DNA of 64,000 nt. It comes from Vitrella brassicaformis CCMP3155 (Eukaryota > Protista > Chromerida). The number at the start of each line of letters is the position of its first letter. Position 1 is the first letter of the stretch. Below are positions 62,883 through 64,000 of this stretch, piece by piece. The stretch lies in NCBI GenBank assembly GCA_001179505.1, contig CDMY01000469.1, positions 6,467 to 70,466 of the forward strand. Direction: 5' to 3'. The position numbers and the translations under genes are program-made. A model generated the notes under the pieces. That model saw only the letters and a list, made by a program, of their open reading frames with translations. It made no database searches and was not told the DNA's origin.

Positions 62883-64000
62883 TTAATGTCTTTGTCTGGG
62901 GTACGGGTACCAGTCAAGCGGGACAGCACGCGCCCCCTCATATATGATATACTCCAAAAAGTTGGTGTACGCCACAATCACCGAATCATAGCCCATCGCC
63001 TTCAATCTCTCGCCATCCAATGGCTCGTTCAAGGGCCCTCTGGCTCTCGCTCTTCCTCTCCCATCCTCGTCGAATATACGGGCCCGACCCAGTCGAAGTC
63101 CCAGCTTCACCATGAAGCCCCGATTGTGGGCCTTGTGATGGGTGTAGTCTTCACGAGAGGTTGTGTAGAAGCCCTTGCCTGCAATGTAAGGCTGACACAA
63201 TGATATGTCCACGCCGCGATGATAGATGTTCTTGGCAGACTTCTCATCGGTCTGGTGGTAGGCGATCATTGCAAATGGACACTTCTCGCAGAAGTGGTCT
63301 CCTTTGCCGCTCGGATTGTTTGGACATCTGTCGCTGCTCAGCTGCTTGTCGAGCTTTTCGCGCAGGTCAGCAATTTTGCCCTCAAGGTGTGCCGTAGAGC
63401 CCTCCAGTTCCTTCTTGAGGCCCTTCAGATGAGAAACCGATGCAGAGGACGCTTGCTTTGCTGCCTTCAGGGCTTGATTCTGTTGGCGGACAGCCTCCAG
63501 CTGCTGCTCGAGCTCGTTGTTGTGCTCTTCAAGGGCCTTGAGGTCCTGCACGAGCTGCCGTCTCTCCTCAGATAGGCCCTTGATATCCTCGATGTATTCA
63601 TCCACAAATCCACGAAGGACAGGCAGAGACTCGAGAAGCGACGTGGCTTCCTCCGTCAGGGCGGCGATTTGCAAGTTGAGGGCATCATTCTCTGCTTGAC
63701 AGACGTCTTTCTTTGCTTGCAGATCCCCCAGTTCCTTCTCATTCTGCTTGAGCTGCTGTTCGTTCTGGTGATCAATCTTAGCACATTCTGTTGTATTGCC
63801 GCTTGCGCAATCGCCTTGAGTTTTTTCTCCCCACGGCACTTTCTTGTGTGGTGGGTCTTCGGACGTCTTGCCGGATGATCCTTTGTTTTTCCGGTTCTGT
63901 CCGCAAGTTCTTGGTCGTTGCGCGGCGCATCAGAAGAGGGTGCACGAGTGGCGGGAGCCGACTGCGCTACGCGAGACTCCCTGGAAGCATCCGAGTCCAT
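62883..64000 (-). CDS. Coiled coil + Cys/His cluster + PARP/Gig2-like (H-Y-E) ADP-ribosyltransferase; frame break near 63780-63840
   Basis: IAYHQTDEKSAKNI, AGKGFYTTS, MVKLGLRLGRAR, GYDSVIV and LEYIIYE follow the H-Y-E ART layout; ATG at 64000; TAA at 62883-62885. Confidence 0.72.
63862..64000 (-). repeat. 139-bp perfect inverted repeat with 61509-61647 (may extend past window edge)
   Basis: atggactcggatgcttcc...ccggcaagacgtc is identical in both orientations and encodes the shared first 46 codons. Confidence 0.93.

Overview
Intron-rich eukaryotic DNA with short introns full of (GT/CA)n and (GA)n repeats; the style suggests a chromerid alveolate such as Vitrella (inference, not confirmed). 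Gene models were assembled by eye from splice signals, and family assignments are motif recognition, not searches. Conserved genes: 3' part of DCAF13/Sof1, a tandem CCCH zinc-finger gene, a SHIPPO/ODF3-type PGP-repeat gene, a membrane RING-HC E3 ligase and a TGS1-like methyltransferase. Eight dispersed copies (plus two relics) of a coiled-coil + MORN-repeat family are interleaved with them, and five carry frameshifts or a stop. Main candidate: a ~17 kb multi-exon gene (41543-58723) that appears to fuse a NO VEIN/sacsin-type GHKL ATPase, via an in-frame GC-AG intron, to FN3-like + BAH-like + DNMT1-type C5 cytosine methyltransferase domains. Also notable: an intron-bearing gene with two bacterial/phage-type DUF5675-like domains inside a DCAF13 3'-end duplication; a convergent pair of PARP/Gig2-like ADP-ribosyltransferase genes with identical 139-bp 5' ends; and several inverted duplications, including a ~100-nt hairpin copied from an exon 5 kb away.
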